Shown here: piece after piece, positions 1 through 10,178 of the stretch
Layout: the number at the start of each line of letters is the position of its first letter
Position numbering within the stretch: the stretch's first letter is position 1
Source of the DNA: Pseudomonadota bacterium
GTDB lineage: Bacteria > Myxococcota > JACRCW01 > JAFGSX01
Length of the DNA: 64,000 nucleotides
Direction: 5' to 3'
Assembly (NCBI GenBank): GCA_043821645.1
Contig: JBDRCO010000051.1
Coordinates: forward strand, 64,001-128,000
Notes under the pieces: model-generated
Told to the model about the DNA's origin: nothing
Seen by the model: only the letters and a program-made list of their open reading frames with translations
Database searches by the model: none
Program-made: the position numbers and the translations under genes

Positions 1-3000
1 CTGGCCGGGGTTGTACACGAAGGCGCAGTTGTCCTGGATGTTCTCGATGCCATCAGCGTCCGCGTCCTGATGCGGCGACACGTTGGCGTCGCGACGCAGG
101 GCATCCTGGCCAGCGCTTGCATCCCGCGGTGCGCTCGCGTCGACGGTGGTCGAGGTGTCCGGACGTGCCGCATCGGGGATGCCCGCATCCGGCGTGGTGG
201 CCGCGTCGTGGCTTGTGGCCGCGTCAGGCTGCGCGCTGTCCGGCACCCCCGCATCGGGGCGCGTGACCACCAGGTCCAGCACGTACATCTCGTCTGCGCT
301 CACCGTGGTGTCGGCCGTGGTGGCGGCCGGGGTCTGGCCCTGCAGGGCGCCGTTGGCCGCGGTGCCGTAGCGAAGCACCGCCAGGTACACGCGCCCGGGC
401 ACCTGCCCGAACTCCTCGACGAGGTTGAGGGTACCCTCGAGGGCTCCGCGTCCGGGTCGCCGCGGCGTGGCGGCCAGGGACTCGCCCGTACTCCCCACCC
501 ACACGGCTTGATCGTCCTCGCCCTCGTCGCACAGGGCAATGCCCCCGAAGGCCACCTGGCCAGCCTTGCCATAGGGGGCGCTCTTCAGGTTGCCGGTGGC
601 GTCGGTGACCACGATGCAGCGGTCCTCTCCCCGGAGCGCGGCGTCCGTGGCGACGTAGAGCTGGCGACCGTTGAAGCTGGCGTAGAGGGGTAGACCCGCG
701 TTGTCGTCGAGCAGGTAGGCAGTATCGTCGATCGCGCCGTCGAGGACGAAGCGCGCGGTGGCATCGCCGGAGCTCGCCGCGCAGCCGCTGACGTCGACGC
801 GCTGGCCGTTGCTGCTGGCCGCACACAGGTCACAGGCGTTGCCCACGTCGTCGCGATCACCGTCGCGCTGGTCGGGGTTGGCCAGACCCGGGCAGTTGTC
901 ATAGCTGTCCAAAATGCCGTCGCCGTCAGCGTCGGGAATGCCTTTACGGGTCACCTGCAGCACCTTGACCTGGTAGCTCTTGAGGCGCTGGGTGAAGCCT
1001 GCCGTCGCCAGCAAGGTGCTCTTGGCCACGGTCTGCGGCGTGGCCGGGCTCAGGTGGTCCACCAGCACCAGGTTGCCGTCGGGGAAGTTGCCCAGGGTCT
1101 CGGCGGGGGGCCAGAACTTCACGTCCGCACCCAGGGGGCCGGCGTTGCGACGGTAGGCCACCACCAGAAAGCGCTGGGCCGCGCCATAGCGGGCAAAGGC
1201 GAAGCCGTGATCGCCGCCCGCGTCCCAGTCCGCGTTGAGCCGCAGGTAGCTGTTGTGGGCCTCGCCGTAGGGTGCGTAGTCCGGCGTGCGCAGCCCGGCG
1301 TTGTGCTGGCGCAGGTGTACTAGGCGCCGGTGCAGGTCGTAGACCTCCTGCTCGCTGGCACTCAGGCCGTCGAACTTCATGCGGCCGCGCTTGACCACCA
1401 CGCCGGTCTCGTCGCCGTAGTACAGCAGCGGCGTGCCGGGTAGCGTCAGCAACAGCGAGGCCGCCACCTTGAGCCGACCCGCGTCGTAGTTGGCGTTCTT
1501 GAGGAAGCGGTGCTTGTCCTGGTTGCCGAAGTAGCGCATGAAGAACACGTCGCCGTCGTCCATGAACTGCTTGAGCCAGCCGTCGCGCGACACGTAGTGA
1601 TGTCCGTCGCGGCGCAGGTACTCGTCAAAGGCGCCCAGGCCCCAGTCCTGGATGGCCAGGCTGTGCAAGAAGCCCTCGTAGCCCTCGCTGTCGTAGGCCA
1701 TGTCACAGGCGTTATCGAACATGCGCGGCTTGGGCGGGTGCGACTCGGGCAGGATCACCGCATTGGGGGACACCGCCTTGATCTTGCGTCGCATGAGCTG
1801 CCACAGGCTCGACGGCTGGCAGTTGGCCAGGTCGTAGCGAAAGGCATCGACGCCCCGGGCGTGCCAGAACCGGACCTGATCCGTGAACAGCTTGCGCACC
1901 AGGCCGCTGTTCGAGTTGACGTCGGGAAAGCTCAGGTACTCGCCCAGGTGGTGGAACTCGCCGTTGGCCTGGTAGCTGTAGTACTCGCGCAGCGGTGACG
2001 CCGCGTTCTGGTCGGCCATCACGAACAGTGGATGGTCGGTGATGGTGTGGTTGCCCACGAAGTCGAAGATCATCTGGATTCCGCGCGCGTGCGCCGCGGC
2101 GGCGATCTGCTCGTACTGCTGCAGGGTGCCGTAGTCGGGGTGGGTGGCGAAGTGCCCGGTCATGCCGTAGCCGTGCGGGGTGGGTCCCGGGAAGGGCGGC
2201 ATCAGCCACAGCGCGTTGACGCCCAGGTCCACCAGGTGATCGATCTTTTGCAGGAAGCCCGCGAAGTCGCCCTCGCCGTCGCCATTGCTGTCCACGAACT
2301 CGCGAATGTAGGCCAGGTAGATAACCGCCTGGTCCTCCCAGAAGCGCTCGGGGGGCTTGGCCAGGTCTATACCTGAGGCGTGGCCGCCCGCGACGTGGAT
2401 CATGGCCGTGTGCGGCACGCCGTTGCCCACGCGCACGTGTACCAGGTACACGCCCGCGGCGGGGATGGACCCGGTGGCGACGAGGCTGCTGGTGTTCAGG
2501 GTCAGGGTCGCGGGGTTGCTGGCATCGGGTATGAACTCGGCGCTGGCGGCGCCCGTGGACAGCGAGGCGTCGATCACCAGCTGTCCTCCCTCCTCGTCGA
2601 CCACCAGGCGCGTGCGCACCGCCGGGTCAAAGCTGTCGACCAGGCGAACCTCGACCTCGCTCTCGACACTGGCCGCGCCGGCGGTGTCGTGCAGGACCAG
2701 GCCCAGGCGATAGGTGCCGGAGCGGTTGCCCGTGAACCGCGGTGTCAGGCTCGAACTCAGAGGCACCACCGCGGCACCGGAACAGGTCGAATCGGCCTCC
2801 CATCCTTCCTCGTTGATGAGCTGGAAGCTCGTGCTCGCCCCCGAGGGCGCGCTGATCACGCGCCAGGTGTAGTCCTGGATCCCCACCATGTCCGGGTCGT
2901 AGGAGTCGCCGCCGTCGATCAAGACGGGCTGGTTGACCACACCGAACTTGAGCGGGCCGGCGCTGGCCAGCGGCGCCTGGTTCTGGCGGTTGACGAACAC

Positions 3001-3777
3001 GTAGGACGCGAAGGGTGCATTGCCCAGACCGTCCTGGTTGGCGAGGGACAGCCGGACCCGGTGCAGACCCTCGACCGGATCGGACCAGCTGGCGCTGATG
3101 CGCGCGCGACCGCCACCCAGGTCGGCGAAGGTCACCGGGGTCAGGCTGCGCCAGCCCAGGCTCGGCGCCTGGATGGTGTCGGTGTAAAACACGCCAGCGG
3201 GCTCGTCGAGCTCGACCTCGATGACGCCGCTGCTGGCATTGAAGGGCGTGGGGCTATTGCCGAGCTGAAGCTCGGCCGAGACGGTGACGCTGCCGCCGGT
3301 GACGATGGTGGCGGAGTTCGGGGCGAAGCTCGCCCGGTCAACGCCGGGTCGTGCCGGGTTGACGATGATGAGGCACGAATCTGTCGAGTAGGGCCCGCAG
3401 GTGCCAGGGGCCCGGGGGTGGGGATCCCGAAAGTAGTCGTCCTCGGGCACCTCGTCGGGATTGAGGGTGGGGTCGCTCAGGCTACGACCCTGGTAGACGA
3501 GGTGCAGGTCGGGCACGAACACGTAAAAAAAGTTCCCCTCGACGAGATCCGTCGAGTAGGTAAACACCGTGCGGTCGCCGTTGGCTTGCATCTCCTTGGC
3601 CCGGTACACGGGGTTCCGGCCACCCTCGGCATCGAGCAGGATGTACAGCTTCTGCACGTCGCGGTTGCGGTGCTTGGTCTCGCTCTTGTTGATGGTGAAG
3701 GTGATCGGCTGGCTGTACTGCGCCAGCCCCGTGGTGCCGACCAGCAGTCCAGCGATGAGAGCCAGGGCGCGGGTCAT
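1..3777 (-). CDS. Secreted multidomain GH13 alpha-amylase-family glycoside hydrolase with PKD/Ig-like N-terminal domains, thrombospondin type-3 repeats and PDAG-rich linker (C-terminus beyond window edge)
   Basis: Not in ORF track (no stop in window). Manual translation from ATG 3777 (MTRALALIAGLLVGTTGLAQ, signal-like; ATGA overlap with upstream stop). GH13 motifs: DSNGDGEGDF, LGVNALWLMP, DFVGNHT, GVDAFRYDLA (nucleophile D 1831-1833), ILPESH (E 1744-1746), YFGNQD (D 1516-1518), PGTPLLYYGDE. TSP3 motif DADGDGILDSYDNCPGLANPDQRDGDRDDVGNACD. Confidence 0.9.
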   Translation of the reverse strand, partial: MTRALALIAGLLVGTTGLAQYSQPITFTINKSETKHRNRDVQKLYILLDAEGGRNPVYRAKEMQANGDRTVFTYSTDLVEGNFFYVFVPDLHLVYQGRSLSDPTLNPDEVPEDDYFRDPHPRAPGTCGPYSTDSCLIIVNPARPGVDRASFAPNSATIVTGGSVTVSAELQLGNSPTPFNASSGVIEVELDEPAGVFYTDTIQAPSLGWRSLTPVTFADLGGGRARISASWSDPVEGLHRVRLSLANQDGLGNAPFASYVFVNRQNQAPLASAGPLKFGVVNQPVLIDGGDSYDPDMVGIQDYTWRVISAPSGASTSFQLINEEGWEADSTCSGAAVVPLSSSLTPRFTGNRSGTYRLGLVLHDTAGAASVESEVEVRLVDSFDPAVRTRLVVDEEGGQLVIDASLSTGAASAEFIPDASNPATLTLNTSSLVATGSIPAAGVYLVHVRVGNGVPHTAMIHVAGGHASGIDLAKPPERFWEDQAVIYLAYIREFVDSNGDGEGDFAGFLQKIDHLVDLGVNALWLMPPFPGPTPHGYGMTGHFATHPDYGTLQQYEQIAAAAHARGIQMIFDFVGNHTITDHPLFVMADQNAASPLREYYSYQANGEFHHLGEYLSFPDVNSNSGLVRKLFTDQVRFWHARGVDAFRYDLANCQPSSLWQLMRRKIKAVSPNAVILPESHPPKPRMFDNACDMAYDSEGYEGFLHSLAIQDWGLGAFDEYLRRDGHHYVSRDGWLKQFMDDGDVFFMRYFGNQDKHRFLKNANYDAGRLKVAASLLLTLPGTPLLYYGDETGVVVKRGRMKFDGLSASEQEVYDLHRRLVHLRQHNAGLRTPDYAPYGEAHNSYLRLNADWDAGGDHGFAFARYGAAQRFLVVAYRRNAGPLGADVKFWPPAETLGNFPDGNLVLVDHLSPATPQTVAKSTLLATAGFTQRLKSYQVKVLQVTRKGIPDADGDGILDSYDNCPGLANPDQRDGDRDDVGNACDLCAASSNGQRVDVSGCAASSGDATARFVLDGAIDDTAYLLDDNAGLPLYASFNGRQLYVATDAALRGEDRCIVVTDATGNLKSAPYGKAGQVAFGGIALCDEGEDDQAVWVGSTGESLAATPRRPGRGALEGTLNLVEEFGQVPGRVYLAVLRYGTAANGALQGQTPAATTADTTVSADEMYVLDLVVTRPDAGVPDSAQPDAATSHDAATTPDAGIPDAARPDTSTTVDASAPRDASAGQDALRRDANVSPHQDADADGIENIQDNCAFVYNPGQ

Positions 3778-5675
3778 GGCAACACCCTCAGCGGCGGCGG
3801 TGCGCCAATCATGCCGTCGTCGTAGTCGTAGGGGATCAGGTCAAAAGGCGTGCCGCCTGGATCCACGGTGGCCAGGATCTGGGCCGGGGTCATGGGCAGG
3901 TTGACGTCGCGCCAGGTGCCGATGACGTACACCGGTGTCTGCGCGGGACAGTCGCCGGTATGGAGCAGATTGACGACGAGGTTGGGCAGTTCCTGCTTGA
4001 ACAGCACACTGGTGTTCGGTGTGTTCGCGGGGTCGTCCTCCCGGCCCGTACCCGTGCCCACATAGATCTCGGCGCTCGAGTAGTCCAGGATCTGGCCGCC
4101 CACCGACACGCTCGACAGGTGACCAGGATCCACGATCGTCACCTCGGCGGCCTCACTGGCGTCGCGGTTCTCGGTGGCCAGGTTCTTGGCCACGGTGACG
4201 AAAGCATTGCCTGTCGACGTCACGCGCTGGTTGAGGCCGCCACAACCCGAGGTCGCCGGGCAGCGCACCACCTTGAAGGTCTGGGTGCGGCCAGGCGGCA
4301 TCCACAGGGTCTTCTCCCACACCCCGGGAAGGTCCGCGCGCTCGCGCATGCGCAGGTTCATGTTCTCGCCGCCACTCCAGGTGTCGGCGCAGTTCTGGCG
4401 AAAGGCATCCACGATGTTGACGAAGTTGCCAGTCACGAAGATGGCCTCGTCGGCGTGGCGCCCGCGCAGAGAACCGTCCGCGCTCAAAAAAGCCGAGCCC
4501 ACGTCGACGCGCAGGGTCACCGGCACCTTGCCGGCCTCTCCCAGAGGCATGGCCATGCTGCGCGGTGTCTCGTCCACCGCGGTGACGAAGATGAAGAAAT
4601 CGCTGAGCTTGACCCCGTCTTGCACCAGGAAGGCGATGTACGGGAGCTCCTCGAGGGGTGCGGTCTCGATGTCGGTGTTGGTGCGCTGCGGATCCACGGC
4701 CAGACCCAGCACCGCCTCGTACACGCGGTCACCGTCGGCGTCGCTCAGATCCACAACGCGCTCGTCGAGCGAGAAGACGCCGGCGATATCCGCGGTGACG
4801 CTGAGCTGAGGCTGGCGGAGTTCCTGTGCCTGGCGGTCGTCGACGAAGATCCGGATCTGTGCCACGCCATCGGCCGGTGCACTGTCGACAGGAGCCGGCG
4901 GTGGCTCCAGGTCTGGCACCGGTGCACCGGGGCAGCGGGTGCGCGGTGGCCACAGCGGGATGACCACGGTCAGATCGGCCGCCGCCGGTACCGCAAAGAG
5001 CGTCAGTGGCGAGGCTGGCTGTCCCTCGCCATCGAGCAGGCGCACGCTGTAGGCCCGGCGATCGATGGCGGTGTCCCCGTCGTCGCCGCGGTCCACGGTC
5101 CGGTTGCGATCGGCCGCGATCTGCACCGTGGTGCTCCAGCTCCCGGGATCCAGGCCCAGGTCGCGGTGTCCATCGGCGTCAAAGCGTCCACTGTCATCGA
5201 CGCTGATGCGTGCGCTGAGCGAACCGTGCGCAGCAGCCAGGGCGGTGTCGTCGACCACCAGGGTGACCTGCGCCAGCTCGGCCGCGCCGGCACCGACGAA
5301 GTTGACGGTGCCGCTGATATCGAAGCCGTCGCTGTCCTGGAGACCATTGACGCGCAGGGTGTAGGTCACCCCACGCACCTGGGTCGCCGTGACCAGGGTG
5401 ACCTCGGCGTCACCCGAGGCCTCGGCGCGCTGCACGGTGAGGGGCTCGGGGGGGATCATGGTGTAGTCGGCGATGGTGAAGGCTCCGACCTGCACGGACT
5501 CCCGGGTCAAGGTGCGTCGCAAGGACAGGATCACGGTGTGGCTGTCGATGGCCAGCACCGAGGAGAATCCGTCACCAAGGGGCTCCACCTTGTCATCGGG
5601 CGGCGGCGGGCAGGCCGTCAGCAGAGCGATCAGGGCTGCCGCGCCGAGCGCGTCACGGAATGCGTTCGAAGCCAT
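3774..5675 (-). CDS. Lipoprotein with Ig-like domain and putative carbohydrate-binding-like domain, function unknown
   Basis: 633 aa ORF; lipobox LLTAC; overlaps both neighbours; C-terminal half is paralogous to an internal domain of the 1416 aa protein. Confidence 0.8.
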   Translation of the reverse strand: MASNAFRDALGAAALIALLTACPPPPDDKVEPLGDGFSSVLAIDSHTVILSLRRTLTRESVQVGAFTIADYTMIPPEPLTVQRAEASGDAEVTLVTATQVRGVTYTLRVNGLQDSDGFDISGTVNFVGAGAAELAQVTLVVDDTALAAAHGSLSARISVDDSGRFDADGHRDLGLDPGSWSTTVQIAADRNRTVDRGDDGDTAIDRRAYSVRLLDGEGQPASPLTLFAVPAAADLTVVIPLWPPRTRCPGAPVPDLEPPPAPVDSAPADGVAQIRIFVDDRQAQELRQPQLSVTADIAGVFSLDERVVDLSDADGDRVYEAVLGLAVDPQRTNTDIETAPLEELPYIAFLVQDGVKLSDFFIFVTAVDETPRSMAMPLGEAGKVPVTLRVDVGSAFLSADGSLRGRHADEAIFVTGNFVNIVDAFRQNCADTWSGGENMNLRMRERADLPGVWEKTLWMPPGRTQTFKVVRCPATSGCGGLNQRVTSTGNAFVTVAKNLATENRDASEAAEVTIVDPGHLSSVSVGGQILDYSSAEIYVGTGTGREDDPANTPNTSVLFKQELPNLVVNLLHTGDCPAQTPVYVIGTWRDVNLPMTPAQILATVDPGGTPFDLIPYDYDDGMIGAPPPLRVLP

Positions 5676-8600
5676 CGTCCACCCACGCGAAGACGGGGCT
5701 GTCCTCGCGGCGCTTGTAGGTCACCTCATCCCCGAACAGATGGCGCAGCACGACCTGGCCATCGCCATCGCTGTCGCCCAGGATGCGCGCACCGTTGTCA
5801 TTGCCCGGGTATTCCTCGCCGTCGTCATACTGGCTGGGCCCCGGCGTGGCGTCGGCCACCAGCGCCCGGGGATCGCCCGAGCTGTCGCGGAAGGCCGTGG
5901 AGAAGGAGGCAAAGGTCTTGTACGCGACGACAGAACCCAGCGGCACGCCGGGGATCACCAGGGTGTAGATGTTGTCCCCGGCCACGCGATCCCCCCCCGT
6001 GGCGTCGTCGCGGAGCTGCGGATCGGGTCCGTCGAACTGGGCCAGCCCCGCCGCGCCACGCGCCGGGAAACCCTGCAGCGCCAGGGTCGCCGGGTGGCTC
6101 GGGATGGTGGTGGCGCCATCGGCCTCCAGGCCCTCGCCACGCATGAAGATGCCCTCGCGCTCCCGGGCCAGGGTCTCGGGGGACAGCGCGCGCCCCGGCA
6201 CACCCGAGGATCCTCCAGGCCCGGCGCCAAACACGGTGGCCGTGCGCGACACCAGCACCTCGATCACCAGGTCGACGGTGGGGGCCGCGGCGAGACCATC
6301 GAAGCTCGCACTCGATGCTGCGACATTGCCAGACAGGTCGTGCACACCGTTGACCGTCACCGTGTAGCTCTGCCCCGCGCTCATGGGCGACGTGCTGAGC
6401 AGCACCTGGTCCTCGGCGATGGGGGCGTAGGCGGGCGCCGTCGACGAGGCGCGCAGGCTGGCCGCAGCCGAGAACTCGACCCGCTGGATGGTCAGGCCGG
6501 GGATGCTGTAGCTGGCGGCCGCGCTCGCCGTGGCCTCGGTGACAGGTTCGTTGAAGCGCAGCCACACCAGGCCCGGTGTCACGGCCCGTGCCGAGAAGGT
6601 GGGGGGCTCATGCTCGCCGAAGCCGGCGAAGTCCACGCTTTGCTCGACGAGCACATTGGCCGGCTGGGCGATGTCCTGGATGTTGTGCACGGTCAGGGTG
6701 TAAGGCGCCTGTATCTCCTGGGCCGAGGTCACCAGCACCACTTCGGTGCCTCCACCCGACAGCAGGGCCTGCTGGATGGTGGGTGCGTTGCCACCCTGGC
6801 GATGCACCAGGCCAAAGCTCGCGAGCCCGGCGCTCGCCGAGTGGATCTGCTCGCTGAAGCGTACCCGGATGCGGTCCGGCCTCTCCGCCAGCACCGCCAC
6901 CACCTCGGGGGGATCCTCGTCGACGATGCGGCACTCGGAGGCCGCGCCCGGCGCCACGAAGGCTCCGCTTTGCAGCTCGGCCAGGTTACCCGCCGCGTCC
7001 CGCAGCCCGCTGACGCCGAGAGAATAGGCGGCACCCGGGAACTGCTCCGCGGTCTGCACGAAGACCTGGGTCGGCTTGACCGGCAGGCCCACATGCTGCA
7101 CCCGGGCATTGAGCTCGACGCCATCGGCGTCCTGGATCTGGACCTGGACCTCGGCCGCCGAGGACAGGATCTTCTCGTCGAAGCTGAGCAGCACACCCGC
7201 CGAGCAGGGCGCGCTGGCGTCGAGCAGACGGGGGCCCTGGTCGTCGACGGCTCCAGGCTCCACCTGGGCCAGCTCGACCCGCCCGTCGTCGTAGTCCGCA
7301 CCGGACCCGAAGGGCACGTCGCGCCAGGCGCCGATGACGAACACCGGCAGCTCCATGTTCTGGGCCCCCACCAGCAGGCGCTGGTCTGGATTCTCGCGCT
7401 TGAACAGCACCGCAGGGCCGGGCGTGTCGTTGCCGGTGAGCGATAGCCGCGCACCCTGGTAGCTGATGCCGTCGCGACCGAGCAGGGTCACGGGGTCCAC
7501 GGTGACGCCGGTGTTGTCGTTGGTGGTGCACAGGTTCTTGGTGACAGTCTCGAGGGTGGCCGGCGGATCCGCGGCCATGGCCGGCGTGCCGTGGCCCACC
7601 TTCCAGGCGTAGACGCCGGGGGGCAAGAACAGTGACAGCCGGTGCACGGGCTTTCCGGCAACCAGGTCGGCCGTGGGCGCAAAGGCGTAGCCGGCGATCC
7701 CTGCCACGTCGGTGCGGCCGCTCATCCTCAGGTCCCGCCCGTCGGTGGCCCGGGCCTCCAGCATCACGGTGCCGGTGAGGTAGAGCTGCTCGCCCGCGGG
7801 CAGGCCACGTTCACGTCCGTCCTCGCTGAGGAAGGCATAGTCCACCACCGCGCCGAAGCTGACCCGGTACAGGGCCAGGCCTGTGAAGGGCAGGCTGGCG
7901 TCGGCCATCATGTTGCCCGCCTGGTCGAAGGGCCCGGACACCTGCACCTGGTAGTCCCCGCCGCGGCTCTGGGTGGCCGTGACCAGCAGTAGCTCGCGCC
8001 CGCGCTGAAAGGCAGCGTAGATATCCAGGGGCACTCCGCCCGCCGACAGGATGCGGTAGTTGCCCACGTTCTCAGCGCTGATGCGGTCGAGGGTCTCGCT
8101 GAAGCCGAGCACCACCACCTGACCGGTCGAGGGGTCCTCGGGTCTGGCCGCGGGATTGACCTCGGTGATGGTGCTGGTGCGAACGCTGTCCAGGGTGGGC
8201 GGAGTCTGGTCCGGGCCTATGGCCACGTGGGCACCGTCGGCGATCACGTTCTTGTCGGCGCTGGCGTCGGCCACACCCGCAACGTGCAGGATGTAGGCGC
8301 GGTTGGGATCCACGCTTTCGATCTCCAGGGTCACGCTGGCCCCGCGCACCCTCACCGCGTTGATCGCGATCACGCGATCGTCGCCATCGAGCATGCGGTA
8401 GTTGGCGCGGTCTGACGCCGTGGCCAGGTCGAGATCCTCGCTGAAGCTGGCGCGCACCCGATCGCTGGCGATGAAGGCAGACGCGACCAGGCGCGGTGGC
8501 TCGCGGTCGTCGGTGGCCACGGTGAGCGGCGCTGGACAGGGACCACAGACGCCGTTCTCCCGCGCCTCGGGGATGCCGGCCGGGGTCAGGGGCGGTCGCA

Positions 8601-9903
8601 GGTGGATGTCTCCCAGGGCCAGGCCGCCGATGGACAGGGGCGTGTCACCCTCGACAGGAGTCACCTCGATGCCACCCAGATCGTCGCCGTAGCCCAGGGC
8701 AGCGCCGCCGAGCCGGGCGTTGAGGTTGACGAAGTTCTTGTTGCTGCTCTCGTCGCCAAAGCTGTCGCGGCGGACCAGGATGCAGTCCGGGGTGCCGGCC
8801 TCGACGCCGGTGAGCAGGTCTTCGACCTGCAGGATGCGCGCATTGCCAGGCCATTCCTCGGTGCCAGTGAAGCCCTCGCCGGTCGAGCCGTCGGTGTACT
8901 TGTAGATGACACGCATGCCCCGAGGCAGGTCCAGGGTCAGCGAGTACACCTTGTCACCCGCCAGCTCGTCGCCGTGGCTGCCGTCGTCGAACATCTCGGT
9001 CTGCGCGTCGTTGGGTGTCAGGCGACGCCGCAGCGCACCCTCGACATCGGCCACCGGTGACGAGGGATCCAGCGTGATGCCCAGGAAGACCTTGCCCGCC
9101 CGCGGCGGCTGGCGAATGGACTGCACGACGCCGTTGCCGTCGAGGGCCTGACCCGAGATGTCGCAGGCAAACAGCACGCGCAGTCGCGACGGGTCGCACA
9201 CCACGGGCACGGCGATGGCGCGCGCCGCGCGGTCGCGCAGGGCGTTGAAGGCCTCGACGCTGACCCCCGCGGCCTCGAGCACGACCTGGGTGCCGTCGGA
9301 ACCGGCCGGCGACAGGGCGGGCAGCACCTCACCCAGGGGGCTGGTGACGTCGAGAATCTTGCGCACCATGGCGCGAAAGGCCTGCACGTCGGCATCGCTG
9401 GAGCCGGCGGCGTTGCCCAGGACCTGCCCCAGCACCTGCGGAGGCATCGAGGCCAGCACGCCACGCTCGAGCTGAGCGGAGCGCTCGGCCAGCACCGCGT
9501 GGGCCGTGACCGAGGCTCCGACCGTGCCCACGTGGATCTCGGTGCCTGCTCTGGCCTCGGGCACCAGGGTCTTGAGCAGCAGGGTGCCGCCCTGCACCAC
9601 GACGCGAACATTGAAATGGTCCTGGGCCTCGGGCAGCTCGATGGAGAAGTCCTCGTTGAACCTGGCGTCGCCGCTGGCCAGCTCCACGCCGTCCACCGAG
9701 AGCACGCGCAGCACCAGGTCCAGCCCCTGAACGCGTGCCTCGAGGGCTGCCGGCAGGTCCGCCACCTTGCCCTTGATCACGGCGCGAGGCTTGGGTGTGG
9801 GGTTGAAGCCCGTGGTTGTGCACAGGGTCTCGAGGCCACAGCCAGCCAGGCTGGCCAGGCCAAGGAGCAGGCCCAGGCGGGAGGGGAGGCCATGTCGAGT
9901 CAT
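5653..9903 (-). CDS. Large surface lipoprotein with repeated Ig-like (Big_5-like) domains and two choice-of-anchor-X-like DDG..GD..AGD..Y domains
   Basis: 1416 aa; lipobox LAGC; repeated units (FSE.L...SA....NY ... V.D.AGN); motifs FDDGSHGDELAGDKVYS and RDDATGGDRVAGDNIYT; EEWPGNARIL / EEYPGNDNGARIL duplicates. Confidence 0.85.
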   Translation of the reverse strand: MTRHGLPSRLGLLLGLASLAGCGLETLCTTTGFNPTPKPRAVIKGKVADLPAALEARVQGLDLVLRVLSVDGVELASGDARFNEDFSIELPEAQDHFNVRVVVQGGTLLLKTLVPEARAGTEIHVGTVGASVTAHAVLAERSAQLERGVLASMPPQVLGQVLGNAAGSSDADVQAFRAMVRKILDVTSPLGEVLPALSPAGSDGTQVVLEAAGVSVEAFNALRDRAARAIAVPVVCDPSRLRVLFACDISGQALDGNGVVQSIRQPPRAGKVFLGITLDPSSPVADVEGALRRRLTPNDAQTEMFDDGSHGDELAGDKVYSLTLDLPRGMRVIYKYTDGSTGEGFTGTEEWPGNARILQVEDLLTGVEAGTPDCILVRRDSFGDESSNKNFVNLNARLGGAALGYGDDLGGIEVTPVEGDTPLSIGGLALGDIHLRPPLTPAGIPEARENGVCGPCPAPLTVATDDREPPRLVASAFIASDRVRASFSEDLDLATASDRANYRMLDGDDRVIAINAVRVRGASVTLEIESVDPNRAYILHVAGVADASADKNVIADGAHVAIGPDQTPPTLDSVRTSTITEVNPAARPEDPSTGQVVVLGFSETLDRISAENVGNYRILSAGGVPLDIYAAFQRGRELLLVTATQSRGGDYQVQVSGPFDQAGNMMADASLPFTGLALYRVSFGAVVDYAFLSEDGRERGLPAGEQLYLTGTVMLEARATDGRDLRMSGRTDVAGIAGYAFAPTADLVAGKPVHRLSLFLPPGVYAWKVGHGTPAMAADPPATLETVTKNLCTTNDNTGVTVDPVTLLGRDGISYQGARLSLTGNDTPGPAVLFKRENPDQRLLVGAQNMELPVFVIGAWRDVPFGSGADYDDGRVELAQVEPGAVDDQGPRLLDASAPCSAGVLLSFDEKILSSAAEVQVQIQDADGVELNARVQHVGLPVKPTQVFVQTAEQFPGAAYSLGVSGLRDAAGNLAELQSGAFVAPGAASECRIVDEDPPEVVAVLAERPDRIRVRFSEQIHSASAGLASFGLVHRQGGNAPTIQQALLSGGGTEVVLVTSAQEIQAPYTLTVHNIQDIAQPANVLVEQSVDFAGFGEHEPPTFSARAVTPGLVWLRFNEPVTEATASAAASYSIPGLTIQRVEFSAAASLRASSTAPAYAPIAEDQVLLSTSPMSAGQSYTVTVNGVHDLSGNVAASSASFDGLAAAPTVDLVIEVLVSRTATVFGAGPGGSSGVPGRALSPETLAREREGIFMRGEGLEADGATTIPSHPATLALQGFPARGAAGLAQFDGPDPQLRDDATGGDRVAGDNIYTLVIPGVPLGSVVAYKTFASFSTAFRDSSGDPRALVADATPGPSQYDDGEEYPGNDNGARILGDSDGDGQVVLRHLFGDEVTYKRREDSPVFAWVDDGFERIP

Positions 9904-10178
9904 GCCATCCTCATGGTGATCTACGGGCGGCCCAGACCCGGCCTGGACCCACCCATCATGTGTCCCTCGCGTGTTTTGCGGCGTCCGTCAACAGGCAACG
10001 TCGCTCTGACTTGCGTTACGCTTTGTAACCATTCGCGACTGTTGAGTTCTGCCGCTTTTTCCGGTGGCTTTGCGGGTGTGCGGGAGCGGCCTGGGGACCG
10101 GGAAGAGTGCCGACCAGCGGGCCAAGTCGCGCTGCATGCGCCTTTGCAGATCCTTGCCAATCGCCTCGCGCCAGTGCT

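Noticed and set aside
70-3825. Plus-strand ORFs such as 2380..3825 and 70..693
   Set aside because: Antisense shadows of the GH13 gene, which carries the real motifs; typical high-GC artefacts.
3960-7446. Long plus-strand ORFs 3960..6146 and 5473..7446
   Set aside because: Antisense to the lipoprotein genes; no motifs and Arg/Gly/His-rich shadow composition.
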